64,000 nt of DNA from an uncultured Chroococcidiopsis sp. (GCA_964248365.1 CAXTYC010000025.1:11640-75639); one strand, 5' to 3'. Numbered from the stretch's first letter, positions 1-10,742 are shown. Program-made: numbers and translations. The notes: generated by a model not told the origin, from the sequence alone.

Positions 1-718
1 AGTACCAGGAAAAGCGGGGGCGGTTTTTTTCTTTAATTAGGAAGATGGGCGATCGCTGGAATGGTGATAATTTCCATAGTAAAGCCGCATATTTTTCACT
101 TAAGTAATTTTTGTGCATTGTCTTAACATAGCCCAAAACGAATTGAGGCGAGTGATAAGACAGTCGCCCATCTCGTATTACTAAGGTATCGGTGTAGTCA
201 GCGGCTTGTTGGGCTATTAGTTGCTCCTCTGCTGCTAGCATGGCGTTTTGCACAATTAATCCTCGTACATCAGGAGAATTACTTTGGCTCGGTTTGAGTG
301 GTTCGTAGACTAATTCTGCTTTGCTTCCCAAAGGACAAGGTATACGAGTTAATTCGGCTTCTTGTGCGCCGCCAAAACCCAATACTCGACGGACTTTAAT
401 TTGAGTGCAGTTCGCTTGGGGAAGGGATCGATCTACAACGACAGCACCTACGGCAATTGTACCGAAAACTCCGTAAAAAACGTTATTTCCATCCCCACCC
501 ACCAAGGGCGCATCTATGCGGCGACAGCCATCGATAAAGATGATGCGCTTGGGTAGCGATCGCAATTCAGGTGAAAAACATTCCCATTCGTCTGTTTCTA
601 CAGTAGCATCAACGTCGCTCACTGAAAGCGAAATTTCCCCAAATTGAATTGGAGGCTCATAGTCAGCCCCCCAAGGCTCCACGCGATAGTTGTATTTTCG
701 CCAGAAATCACTCAACAA
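1..718 (-). CDS. NurA-family nuclease-like protein (3' end runs off the window; absent from the ORF track)
   Basis: Manual translation from TTG 718 (AAGGA upstream) is open to position 1: LSDFWRKYNYRVEPWGADYE...IIFIDGCRRIDA...GVFGTIAVGAV...LVIRDGRL...LGYVKTMHKNYL...QRSPIF...RFSWY. The FxDGxRR, DG, GxVK and RxPxF/SWY motifs resemble bacterial NurA-domain proteins. Confidence 0.7.
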   Translation of the reverse strand, partial: MLSDFWRKYNYRVEPWGADYEPPIQFGEISLSVSDVDATVETDEWECFSPELRSLPKRIIFIDGCRRIDAPLVGGDGNNVFYGVFGTIAVGAVVVDRSLPQANCTQIKVRRVLGFGGAQEAELTRIPCPLGSKAELVYEPLKPSQSNSPDVRGLIVQNAMLAAEEQLIAQQAADYTDTLVIRDGRLSYHSPQFVLGYVKTMHKNYLSEKYAALLWKLSPFQRSPIFLIKEKNRPRFSWY

Positions 719-1082
719 CGCTCTTGTATCCTTACAGTCTATCTTTTTTAATTTCGCTCGAAAATTAAAAAAATTACAACTTTTATAGAATTCTTAAAAT
801 CTCTGAAAGTACTAGGGACAATTCCGAATTCTAAAGGTTCGCGCCTCATGTCTGCACACTGCCCATGTGGAATTTGCCCAGTCCAGTTAGACATTCTCAG
901 TGTAAATACAGGCGATCGCTTTTTGGGTAAGCGGAAATTTACGCAAGTTTTTTCTCGTGGAATGCACGGAAAACTTATTGTGTGCATCTACTGAAGGAAA
1001 TATTTATTTGGTTGGGCATACTAGCTGGTGCAGGTATTTATATATAACTGCGTCATATATTATTTTTTATATAGAACAAGCT

Positions 1083-3797
1083 GTGAAATCTTTATTCAAA
1101 AATTCGAGAGCGATCGCTCCTTCGCGTAACAGTCGAGGTTTACTAGCTAGTAGTCTTGCCCTTTCAATCTGTGCCTTGGGCTATTGGGTGCAGCCTGCTC
1201 AAGCTGAAGGTAGTCGTAGTTTGTATCCTAGCACTGCCAATGCCAATGAATTTAGAGCCAATACAGAGTGGTCTACCAAGGTGTATGGTCCTACTGGTGT
1301 CACTCCTAATAACTCCCTGCTGCGTCGTACATTGTTGAAAGTGTATGCCAAGACTGGGGAATACATTCTCTTAGGGTCTAGTGCGGTAGGGGTGAATAAT
1401 GCCGATATCTTGGTATACAAGCCAGGTCGAGTCACAGGTAGGGTAGGTGCTGAAACTATTCCAGGTACAGCTGACTTTAGCTGTAACGCACAGGTAGCAT
1501 CGACTAGAACCGCGAACCGAGGTAGGATTACCACCCGTGCTATGGAGTTAGCTGGACCCCAAAGTATTACAGGTAACAACAATAACAATGGCTATATCCC
1601 TTGTTACTACCAAGCCCCACAAGATGGGATTTACGATGTGGTTATGCTAGGACCGAGTGGAAATAATAGTAATCAAGATGGAGTGCCTACCGCAGAGATC
1701 GATCTAACTAGCACGACTAACTTTGATGCCAGTCAAAACACTAGCATTGCGGCTTGGGATGTGACGGTACGCAGCAGTACAACAACTTCCACAACTGATA
1801 TTAATGGGCGGCTTTTTACCTACTACTTATCCCTGTTTACAGGAGGTAACAGTAGACCTATTAACCCTTCAATCTATCCGGTGACGACGGATGGTTATCG
1901 ATATCGCACTGATCTGAACGGACTAGATCCGAACGGGTTTCTGGTTTACGGCAACCAGCAGGGCTTTCTAAACAGCGATGGCAAGCCACTCTACCATGAT
2001 GTTTTGGGTGACGGCGCTCAACTGACAAATCTTCAGGGAGGAACTAACTTTTCCCTGCCTACTTTTCCAATTTTCTTCACTCAAGCTGATACTACAGTAC
2101 TAACCGCTCTTGGCATACCCATATCACCCATTATTCCAGCTGTAACCAACGCCACTTTTACAGGTACAAACTCAGCTAATAACAGTAATTACAGTTCAGG
2201 CGGTACTTTTAACTTTACCAGTAATGTAGCTGGTAAATATGATTTAGTTATCAGCAGAGATGGCAGCAATTTTGACCCTACAGCGGCTCAAAACCGATAT
2301 ATAACAGGGACGACCGCTTCTGGTTCACAACCAGTTAGCTGGGATGGTAAAGACAATAGTGGTAATTATTTCCCTGTTGGCACGAATTACAAAGTTCAGA
2401 TCGTAGTCTATAGTGGTGAATATCACTTCCCGCTCATAGATGTAGAAGCAAGTTCGGGCGGTCCAAAGTTTACTCTTTTGAATGCCACAAACTCGCTGGG
2501 AAATACTGTAGGATTCTACGACGATCGCGGTTATACAACAACAAATGGGACTACTGTCGGTACACCAGGTACTATACTCTGCGGTTCTGGTGCGCCCACT
2601 ATTGCCTTTGCTAACCCTATCACTGGCTTTGACACTGGCACTAATCAGCGGGCGTTTGGTCCTGCTAACAATACGAACACTTCCTGCACTGGCTCTTTTG
2701 GAGATGCTAAAGGACTTGACATCTGGACTTATTTTCCTAGTACTTTCCAAACAACCAACTTTAATATCGTAGCGCCCGACCTAACGATCACCAAAACTCA
2801 TACAGGTAATTTCATCAGAGGCTCGACTGGCACTTACACTCTCGCTGCTACCAACTCTGGCACTGCTCCGACAAGCGGACAAGTGACAGTAACTGATACT
2901 TTACCTACTGGGTTGACTCCTACAGCAGCAAGCGGTACAGGTTGGAGTTGTCCAATTTCAGGTCAGACTGTCACCTGTAGCCGCAATGATGTCCTTAACG
3001 CTAATTCCAGTTATCCAGCTATTACCCTTACTGTGAATGTTGCGGCGAATGCTGCTAGTAGCATCACCAACACAGCAAGTGTCTCTGGTGGCGGCGAAAC
3101 TAATACCACTAATGACACTGCTAACGATCCAACAACAATAATATCTGCTTCCCCTCGACTGACGCTAGTGAAACGCATCACAGCCATCAACAACAACAGA
3201 ACTAAAAATCCGAACGACAATACGCCCTTAAATACGTTCGTTGACGATCCAAATTCAACGGCTGATAATGACCCGAATTGGCCTACCCCTAGTACTTATC
3301 TTATAGGGGCGATTAATGGCGGTAAAGTCAAGCCTGGTGATGAGGTGGAATACACCATTTATTTTCTGGACAATCAAGCACCAGCCTCAAATGTCTCTAT
3401 TTGCGATTTAGTGCCAACTTATGAAACTTTGGTATTGACTGGGTATAACACAGCTTCACCTTACCCCACCGAATCTGGTGCAATACCTACTGATACCGGA
3501 ATTGCTTTAGCTAATGATGCAAACACGCTGCCCACTCTACCTACAGTTTATTTGACAAATGTAGGTGATAGCGATCGCGGTCGCTATTACCCACCCAATG
3601 ACCCTGGTACGCCCTCTACCTGCAAAGACACACAGGGTAATGCAACGGCATCTGGTGCAGCTGCCAATACAAATGGCGCGGTTGTGGTTGATGTAGTTAA
3701 GGGTACAGGTGCAGCTAATCAGTTACCCTTCGCAACTGCACCAGGTACTCCACCTAATTCTTACGGATTTATCCGCTTCAAAGCCAAGGTGAACTAA
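1083..3797 (+). CDS. Secreted/surface DUF11-domain protein
   Basis: The ORF opens at 957, but GTG 1083 gives a signal peptide ending AQA|EGS. It has a Thr/Asn/Gly-rich beta body, a FlgD-Ig-like WDGKD motif, a DUF11 repeat (PDLTITKTH...VTDTLPTGLT) and a C-terminal YGFIRF. Confidence 0.75.
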   Translation: MKSLFKNSRAIAPSRNSRGLLASSLALSICALGYWVQPAQAEGSRSLYPSTANANEFRANTEWSTKVYGPTGVTPNNSLLRRTLLKVYAKTGEYILLGSSAVGVNNADILVYKPGRVTGRVGAETIPGTADFSCNAQVASTRTANRGRITTRAMELAGPQSITGNNNNNGYIPCYYQAPQDGIYDVVMLGPSGNNSNQDGVPTAEIDLTSTTNFDASQNTSIAAWDVTVRSSTTTSTTDINGRLFTYYLSLFTGGNSRPINPSIYPVTTDGYRYRTDLNGLDPNGFLVYGNQQGFLNSDGKPLYHDVLGDGAQLTNLQGGTNFSLPTFPIFFTQADTTVLTALGIPISPIIPAVTNATFTGTNSANNSNYSSGGTFNFTSNVAGKYDLVISRDGSNFDPTAAQNRYITGTTASGSQPVSWDGKDNSGNYFPVGTNYKVQIVVYSGEYHFPLIDVEASSGGPKFTLLNATNSLGNTVGFYDDRGYTTTNGTTVGTPGTILCGSGAPTIAFANPITGFDTGTNQRAFGPANNTNTSCTGSFGDAKGLDIWTYFPSTFQTTNFNIVAPDLTITKTHTGNFIRGSTGTYTLAATNSGTAPTSGQVTVTDTLPTGLTPTAASGTGWSCPISGQTVTCSRNDVLNANSSYPAITLTVNVAANAASSITNTASVSGGGETNTTNDTANDPTTIISASPRLTLVKRITAINNNRTKNPNDNTPLNTFVDDPNSTADNDPNWPTPSTYLIGAINGGKVKPGDEVEYTIYFLDNQAPASNVSICDLVPTYETLVLTGYNTASPYPTESGAIPTDTGIALANDANTLPTLPTVYLTNVGDSDRGRYYPPNDPGTPSTCKDTQGNATASGAAANTNGAVVVDVVKGTGAANQLPFATAPGTPPNSYGFIRFKAKVN

Positions 3798-4603
3798 GGT
3801 ATAAAACTATCGGTATCTACGCCCATCTCTCGTAAACGCGCCGCTAGAAGTTCAGCACGTTGACGTTCAACCTCAGCACGTTGACGTTCAACCTCAGCAC
3901 GTTGACGTTCAATCTCAGCACGTTGTTCGGCTATTGTCGCTCGTTCGCTTTCTTGCTGTGCCACTTCTTCTGAGGTGGTTAGCCTTCTGCCTTCCCAGTC
4001 ATACCAGTATAACCATTCCCGCGTCCGTCCCAGATACGTCCCTCGCTCTTTTCCAATTCCTAAGCCAATTTCCGGCATCCATATCGGTTCCCCAGTTTGC
4101 AGCACATACTGCCCTTCAACCAAGCGATAAACCTCAAAAGATTGTCGTTTTCGCCGCTTTCCACGTCCTGGCGCATAAATTACATAGTACAAGATGCCTA
4201 ATTGGGCATAGGCAATCTTTTTCTGTTCGTACTCGCCGCTATAGGTTTTGGAAACTACCTCTAGCGCCCACAAAGGAACTACGTTATCCTCTTCCCATAA
4301 GACATAGCTCAAACGCCCCTCTTCACCGATAAATCGCTCGACACCCAAGCTCAAGAAACCATCTGGTACTAGCGGCGGTTCTCCTGGGGTATGATAAATT
4401 CCCATATCTACCCCGAAAAACCAGTCTGTACGCTCTGACCATACCAAAGCTAAAATCGCTTCCAACAGGTTTGGTATTAAATTTTGCAGTTCGTTATCCA
4501 CAGGGGTATCGTCAGAATCAGGCAATTCGGCTGAGGTAGGCAGACACTCTAAGGGGTTGTAGTGTAGCATGACGCGCTTTACAGGGGACTGACTGTAACT
4601 CAT
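3794..4603 (-). CDS. Uma2 (DUF820) family endonuclease-like protein with C-terminal coiled-coil repeats
   Basis: LPDSDDTPVDNELQ, VPDGFLSLGV, LEVVS and K..YAQLGILYY motifs; (RAEVERQ)n tail. Confidence 0.9.
   Translation of the reverse strand: MSYSQSPVKRVMLHYNPLECLPTSAELPDSDDTPVDNELQNLIPNLLEAILALVWSERTDWFFGVDMGIYHTPGEPPLVPDGFLSLGVERFIGEEGRLSYVLWEEDNVVPLWALEVVSKTYSGEYEQKKIAYAQLGILYYVIYAPGRGKRRKRQSFEVYRLVEGQYVLQTGEPIWMPEIGLGIGKERGTYLGRTREWLYWYDWEGRRLTTSEEVAQQESERATIAEQRAEIERQRAEVERQRAEVERQRAELLAARLREMGVDTDSFIP
3852..3925. repeat. 21-bp tandem repeat (TCAGCACGTTGACGTTCAACC, ~3.5 copies) encoding the RAEVERQ heptad
   Basis: Read directly from the sequence. Confidence 0.9.
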
Positions 4604-4813
4604 TCAGTTAACTGTTAACTGCGAGCGATCAAATTACTACTAATGATACAGGTTTTCGTGCTGTTGATGACAGTATTTTGATTATTGATGTTTTGCTTAT
4701 TATTACAAAAATACTATTGATTTTATTAGAAATCAAATTCAATTAAAATCAAAGCGTCAAGAATTTAAATTGCATTTTTACAAAATTAAATTTATCGGTA
4801 TTCAATTTAGCGA

Positions 4814-5500
4814 ATGGTAAAAATCATGATTAGAAAAGTTAGTTTTTTGTTACTTTGGTTAGGATTTGTTAGTTATGCATTCTTGCTAGCTCCTCCGAAT
4901 CAACCAGACACATTTGAGCTAATTAAAAATCTTTCAACGGGTAAGTGGGAAGGTATTAATCCTCTAGTGGTGTCTCTATTTAATATTATGGGTGTCTGGC
5001 CCATGATCTACAGTTGCTTGCTATTTATTGATGGCAAAGGACAAAAAATACCCGCTTCGCCTTTTGCAACTTTATCTTTTGGAGTGGGAGCGTTTGCGCT
5101 GTTACCTTATTTGGCATTGCGCGAACCAAACCCTAATTTTACAGGAAAAAAGAATTTATTTCTGAAAATACTAGATTCCAGATTGACTGGGATTGTCTTA
5201 AGTATAGGTGCGATCGCTCTTGTTGTCTATGGTTTAAACGGCGATTGGAGCAATTTTGTTGGGCAGTGGCAAACCGATCGTTTCATTCATGTCATGAGTT
5301 TAGATTTCTGTCTACTTTGTCTATTATTTCCAGCACTATTAGGAGATGATATGGCACGGCGGGGAATGAAAAAAGGAGCGATATTTTGGCTGACAGCACT
5401 AATACCGCTTTTTGGTCCTCTAATTTATCTATGTGTGCGATCGCCTCTAGCATCTGCTAGAGGGGAAGTATCTGCTAGTCAACAGCCTGCGACGAATTAA
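4814..5500 (+). CDS. DUF2834-like membrane protein (paralog 1)
   Basis: Multi-TM protein with LLPYLALRE, FIHVMSLDF and LGDDMARRG motifs. Confidence 0.7.
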   Translation: MVKIMIRKVSFLLLWLGFVSYAFLLAPPNQPDTFELIKNLSTGKWEGINPLVVSLFNIMGVWPMIYSCLLFIDGKGQKIPASPFATLSFGVGAFALLPYLALREPNPNFTGKKNLFLKILDSRLTGIVLSIGAIALVVYGLNGDWSNFVGQWQTDRFIHVMSLDFCLLCLLFPALLGDDMARRGMKKGAIFWLTALIPLFGPLIYLCVRSPLASARGEVSASQQPATN

Positions 5501-5638
5501 GAGTAATTCCCCTTTAGTTACCCCCTTATCAGGGGGAAGGGGGATCTAAATCTCTCGTTCCCAAGCGAGAGCAAAAAAAACAAAAAGTGAATAGTATTTA
5601 AACCACAGATAAACACAAACGATTTCAATCAGTTTAAT

Positions 5639-6289
5639 ATGGCTAGAAAAATTGCATTGTGGCTGATATGGGCTGGATTTATTGCTTATGTCGTGTTTTT
5701 TGCTCCGCCACTTCACTTAGCAGAAACATTGACGCTGCTAAGAAAGATTTTGACATTTCAATGGGCAGATATTAACCCAATTATCTTATCTTTATTCTCT
5801 CTAATTGGCGTTTGTATATTCCTCTACAGCAGTGTTTTATTTTTCGATGGCAGAATGCAAAAGATTCCTTTTTATCCTTTTGCTATAGCATCCTTGGGTT
5901 CTGGTGTAATTGGTTTGATTCCATATTTAGCATTGCGAGAAGCAAATCAAGAGTTTACAGGAGAAAAAGATGCCTTTTTAAAACTACTAGATTCTCGCTC
6001 AACTGGTATTTTTGTAACCCTGTTTACCCTTGGGTTACTAGGATATGGCATAATAGCTGGAGATTGGGGAGATTTTATCGCGCAGTTTCAAAGCGATCGC
6101 TTTATTAATGGTATGAGTTTGGCATTTTGCCTGTTCTGCTTATTATTCCCCACAGTCCTAGGCGATGATATGGCGCGTCGTGGTTATCTCAGCAATTCCC
6201 AACTGTTTTGGCTAATAGCAATAGTACCACTGCTAGGACCACTTGTTTATTTGTGCTGGCGACCTGCGTTACGGACAAGTAGCGATTAG
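5639..6289 (+). CDS. DUF2834-like membrane protein (paralog 2)
   Basis: Collinear with 4814..5500 (PYLALRE, LDSR, DRFI, LGDDMARRG). Confidence 0.7.
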   Translation: MARKIALWLIWAGFIAYVVFFAPPLHLAETLTLLRKILTFQWADINPIILSLFSLIGVCIFLYSSVLFFDGRMQKIPFYPFAIASLGSGVIGLIPYLALREANQEFTGEKDAFLKLLDSRSTGIFVTLFTLGLLGYGIIAGDWGDFIAQFQSDRFINGMSLAFCLFCLLFPTVLGDDMARRGYLSNSQLFWLIAIVPLLGPLVYLCWRPALRTSSD

Positions 6290-6491
6290 CTTTTAGCGGT
6301 TGCGAGAACGCGAGAACGCGAGAACGCTGTTGCGAGAACGCTGTTAGAGCAATTCTATCGCAAATGTGAAATTTGATTCTTTGGTGGGCATGGGTGGCAT
6401 ACCAATTACCAATCTAGCTCCACAGTATATTTAGTACCCGTGTACTATGAAAGAAAGGGTTATTGCTATCAAACGTTAGAAAAGAGCGAGG

Positions 6492-8327
6492 ATGCAAAAA
6501 AAACGAAATATTGTGCGGCGGTTGAGGCAAAACCTTAGCCAAGTTTTTGCCGTCTTTCAGTACACTGGTAGGGCTGTAGAATTAGTATGGACAACAAGCC
6601 GCCTTCTAACAATCATCCTTGCGGTTCTGACTTTGGTGGCTGGTTTATTACCAGGTGCGATCGCATACGTTGGGAAGTTGATTGTTGATCAGGTGGTTTC
6701 GGCTTCACACTCAGGGTTAGAACGCGATCGCCTCTATGCTTTGGGCTACCTTGCAATAGAAGCGGTTGCAGTTGCATTACTTGCAGGTAGTCAACGCGGA
6801 CTTACGGTAAGTCAGTCTTTGTTGCGGGTACTGTTAGGACAAAAGGTAAACGTCCTGATTTTGCAAAAGGCTTTGACACTCGATTTAGTTCACTTCGAGG
6901 ATTCGGAATTTTACGACAAGATGACACGGGCGCGGCGAGAAGCATCTAGCCGTCCTTTGTCCCTAGTCAGCCGCACTTTCAGCATAGTACAAAATATTAT
7001 CTCCCTAGTCACCTATGGTTGGCTACTGCTACAGTTTTCATTTTGGACAGTAGCAGTGCTGTTACTGTCAGCTTTGCCTGCATTTATAGCTGAAACACGG
7101 TTTGCAGGGGAAGCTTTTCGTTTATTCCGCTGGCGTACTCCAGAAACACGAGAGCAGAATTATTTAGAATTCCTGCTGGCTAACGAATCCCCAGCAATGG
7201 AGGTGCAGCTATATCAATTGGGCTCAAAGTTGCTAGAACGCTACCATTCGATCTTTAATCGGCTGTTTGGTGAAGACAGAGATTTGACGATCAAGCGGGG
7301 AGTATGGGGATATCTGCTAAGTTTGCTAAGTACGGCTGCATTTTATATTGCCTATGCTTGGATTGTAGTCGAAGCGATCGCAGGAAGGATCTCCTTGGGA
7401 GACATGACAATGTATCTGACGGTTTTCCGACAGGGACAAACTACGTTCTCAAATACTCTCACATCCATTGGGGGAATGTATGAAGACAACTTGTATTTGT
7501 CTAACCTTTATGAGTTTCTCGAACAGGAAATTCCCAAACCAACAGGTAAAGCAACTAAGGGTTTAGTTTTTGGGGATGGAATTCGATTTGAAAATGTGTC
7601 GTTTAGATATCCAGGTAATCTGCAACCAGCCTTAAAAAATGTCTCGCTGCATTTGCAACCTGGAGAAAAACTGGCGATTGTAGGGGAAAATGGTTCTGGG
7701 AAAACTACTCTGATTAAACTGTTAACCAGACTCTATACACCAGATGAAGGGCGCATCTTACTCGATGGGTTAGATTTGCAAGAATGGAATATTGAAGTAT
7801 TGCACAAACGAATTGGTGTGATCTTTCAAGACTTCGTGCGCTACCAATTCAGCGTAGGCGAAAATATCGGTGTGGGAGATGTGGAACACCTGGAAAATAA
7901 AGCCAAATGGCAGACATCAGCAGAAAAAGGCATGGCGCAACCTTTCGTTGAGCTTCTTCCTGAAGGCTTTCAGACGCAGCTAGGACGATGGTTTAAAGGC
8001 GGACAGGAACTATCTGGGGGACAGTGGCAGAAAATTGCTCTTTCCCGTGCTTTTATGCGTACCAAAGCTGATATTTTGGTGCTGGATGAACCAACAGCAG
8101 CGATGGATGCAGAGGCTGAGTACCAAATTTTTGATCGTTTGCGATCGCTTACTCAAAAACAGATGGTGATCCTAATTTCTCATCGCTTTTCGACTGTCAG
8201 GATGGCAGATAAGATTGCGGTTCTAGCAGCCGGAGAACTGGTAGAACAGGGTACTCATCAGGAATTATTGCAGGCTGGGGGGCGCTATGCTAGACTTTTC
8301 CAACTGCAAGCGGCGGGATATCGTTAA
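6492..8327 (+). CDS. ABC transporter, fused permease/ATP-binding protein
   Basis: N-terminal TM domain; Walker A GENGSGKT, LSGGQ signature, Walker B ILVLDE. Confidence 0.95.
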   Translation: MQKKRNIVRRLRQNLSQVFAVFQYTGRAVELVWTTSRLLTIILAVLTLVAGLLPGAIAYVGKLIVDQVVSASHSGLERDRLYALGYLAIEAVAVALLAGSQRGLTVSQSLLRVLLGQKVNVLILQKALTLDLVHFEDSEFYDKMTRARREASSRPLSLVSRTFSIVQNIISLVTYGWLLLQFSFWTVAVLLLSALPAFIAETRFAGEAFRLFRWRTPETREQNYLEFLLANESPAMEVQLYQLGSKLLERYHSIFNRLFGEDRDLTIKRGVWGYLLSLLSTAAFYIAYAWIVVEAIAGRISLGDMTMYLTVFRQGQTTFSNTLTSIGGMYEDNLYLSNLYEFLEQEIPKPTGKATKGLVFGDGIRFENVSFRYPGNLQPALKNVSLHLQPGEKLAIVGENGSGKTTLIKLLTRLYTPDEGRILLDGLDLQEWNIEVLHKRIGVIFQDFVRYQFSVGENIGVGDVEHLENKAKWQTSAEKGMAQPFVELLPEGFQTQLGRWFKGGQELSGGQWQKIALSRAFMRTKADILVLDEPTAAMDAEAEYQIFDRLRSLTQKQMVILISHRFSTVRMADKIAVLAAGELVEQGTHQELLQAGGRYARLFQLQAAGYR

Positions 8328-8455
8328 GGTTATGTGTCGAGTGCTTCGGGCGACCGCGCACAGGCGCGAAGTGTAGGGGCGGGTTCACCTATATATTTGT
8401 AGACAAAGGAAATATCTCGTTAACCCGCCCTTACAAAGTGAGGAGTGAGGAATGA

Positions 8456-9223
8456 TTGAAACATCTCACCTTTGTAATTCAAACCATTGAAGAGATTTCC
8501 CTAAATGCATGGTCATCTTTACAACAAATATTGTACGATGGCTGGATTTTAAGGTTTGCTAACGGTTATACCAAAAGAGCTAATTCTGTCAATCCAGTCT
8601 ACATAGGTACTAAAGATGTTTATGAAAAAATTGCCAGATGTGAACAAATTTTTTCTGATAAAAACCTCAAGCTTATTTTCAGGATAACGCCTCTTGCTCA
8701 TCCAGAAAATCTAGATGTAATTCTGGCAGACGCTGGATTTGAAAAAAAAGATGTCGTAAGTGTTCAAGTCTTAAATTTGGTGTCATTTACACCTCAGACA
8801 ACAGGTGAAATCAAAATCTGGGAAGAATTTTCACACGATTGGCTGGCTAGCTTGATTAGCTTGGGTGGTGTAACGCTTGAGGCACAAGATTCACTTGCAG
8901 GCATTTTACATAACATTGCCGTAAAAAAGTGTTTTGCAGTTTTACTGCATGAAAATCAAGTTGTCTCCTGTGGGTTGGGAGTTTTGGAAAACGATTACAT
9001 TGGACTATTTGAGATTATCACTGCTAAAAATGAACGCCGGAAAGGATTTGCAAAAAAACTAATATTGCAGATTTTAGATTGGGGTAAACACAATTGTGCT
9101 AAACAAGCATATTTACAAGTAGAAATAAATAATGAGCCTGCATTAAATCTTTATTCAAAACTATGCTTTAAGGAAGCTTACCAATATTTTTATAGAATTA
9201 AAGTTACAGGCAAAGGCGGTTGA
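8456..9223 (+). CDS. GNAT family N-acetyltransferase
   Basis: GYTKRANSV, RRKGFA and AYLQV..NN.PA..LY motifs. Confidence 0.85.
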   Translation: MKHLTFVIQTIEEISLNAWSSLQQILYDGWILRFANGYTKRANSVNPVYIGTKDVYEKIARCEQIFSDKNLKLIFRITPLAHPENLDVILADAGFEKKDVVSVQVLNLVSFTPQTTGEIKIWEEFSHDWLASLISLGGVTLEAQDSLAGILHNIAVKKCFAVLLHENQVVSCGLGVLENDYIGLFEIITAKNERRKGFAKKLILQILDWGKHNCAKQAYLQVEINNEPALNLYSKLCFKEAYQYFYRIKVTGKGG

Positions 9224-9441
9224 ATTAAATATTTTATAAGTATGCCACCCATGCCCACCATCCAAATAATTTGTGCCTGATTGAAATAAAGTTTTAGTTA
9301 TGCCTGATTGAAATAAAGTTTTAGTATGCCACCCATGCCCACCTTACAAAGAATTTGTACCAGATGGAAATAAAAAATTAAGAATTATTAAAACTGTAAA
9401 CGAGTTAACTGCTAGAGCCTCACAATCATTAGAAACTATGA

Positions 9442-9672
9442 ATGGTGAAAGAGAAAAAAAACATGATATCACCTTCTCAAGATTCCACAAACAAACCCAA
9501 CAGACTCCGCACAACATTAACAGAGCAAGAGATTATCCACCAAACTCAAGCGGAGCTAGTAGCATTAATCCGAGTTACAGCCTATGAGACGATTGAAAAT
9601 TGGCAGCAACCAGTCCGTCTTGGTAATTGGAGCGGTACTTTAGAAAGCGAAATTTATCACCTTTTGTGGTAA
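9442..9672 (+). CDS. Small hypothetical protein
   Basis: 76-aa ORF in an intergenic gap; no recognisable motif. Confidence 0.3.
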   Translation: MVKEKKNMISPSQDSTNKPNRLRTTLTEQEIIHQTQAELVALIRVTAYETIENWQQPVRLGNWSGTLESEIYHLLW

Positions 9673-9812
9673 AATAGTTTGACTTGTGGAATTATTAATT
9701 TTGTCACTAAGGAATAGTGCTAAAAAACTTGGGTTAAATCTGTAGCAAGAAGCCAAAGCCATCCCAGCAAGCTAGTTTGAAATAAGATTCACTAGCGATT
9801 AGGGAGACACTC

Positions 9813-10595
9813 ATGCTACATCGCGGGGATCCAGCAGGACTAATTGTGATTACGCCGACTCATGCTTGGGTTGCTGGCTGTTTGGCACGAGCGTGGGGAA
9901 ATGACACCTTTGGTTCGTTTGCACCCAAAGAAGTTTGTCTGGGAGCAGAACAGCACGATATCGGCTGGCTGGTGTGGGAAAATATGCCCACTTTAAACCC
10001 AAATACAGGCTATCCCCATAGCTTTATGGAAGTTCCGACAGAAGTACACGTAGGCATTTGGTCTGGTGCTAAACAGTTCATTCTACCCTTTGGTAGGTAT
10101 GCGGCGCTGCTAGTCTCGCTTCATGGTACTGGGTTATATGAGCGCTTCAGACGATGGCAGAATTCGCCTAAATCAACTCAGGAGGAGGTGCAAGAATTTC
10201 TCGCGCAAGAGAAAGTTTTTCAGCAACAGCTCACTACCAATCTTCTAGAATAACCCTACTATGCACCGTATGCAACATCGGAAACAGTAGAGCGCAACCG
10301 CTCTCTAGTGGCTGTTTGGGACAGTCTCTCGCTAGCTTTGTGTATGGGGTTGCGTAAGGAGCAGCATTTCGATCGCGTACCTACAGCTGACAGTGAAACC
10401 ACACTTACCATAACTCCAGCCAATGATGACATGACGCACATAAAAGTTTATCCCTGGTGTTTTCAAGACAGCCAGGTAAAACTTGTGTATGAGGGGCGGT
10501 TACTGCGAGAGCAGTTTAGAGATGAAACAACGATGCGTACTGCGCTTGCAAGTGCAAAGTAGGTGACGATTACCACGATCCTTAGTCCATCTTGA
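9813..10595 (+). pseudogene. DUF3891-family gene with two in-frame nonsense codons
   Basis: HA...G.LARAWGN, HDIGW, P.SF and ALLVSLH motifs. TAA at 10251-10253 is followed in frame by PYYAPY...VAVWDSLSLALC. TAG at 10560-10562 is followed by VTITTILSPS*. Confidence 0.75.
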
Positions 10596-10742
10596 TAGCT
10601 TGTTAAGAGGGGCTAGAGGAACTAGGGGCTAGGGGCTAGAAGGGAGCAAAGGGGAGATGGGGAGGCTGGGGGATCTGAGGAATTAACTATTCACAACTTC
10701 ACAACTTCACAACTCCTATTTCCTATCTCCAGCAATTGTGCA

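Noticed and set aside
957..1082. N-terminal extension of the DUF11 ORF
   Set aside because: The GTG at 1083 gives a clean signal peptide; the upstream segment looks like AT-rich promoter DNA.
9240..9345. Repeat-spacer-like pattern as a mini-CRISPR
   Set aside because: There are only two copies of each unit, nearly abutting, which fits a local duplication.
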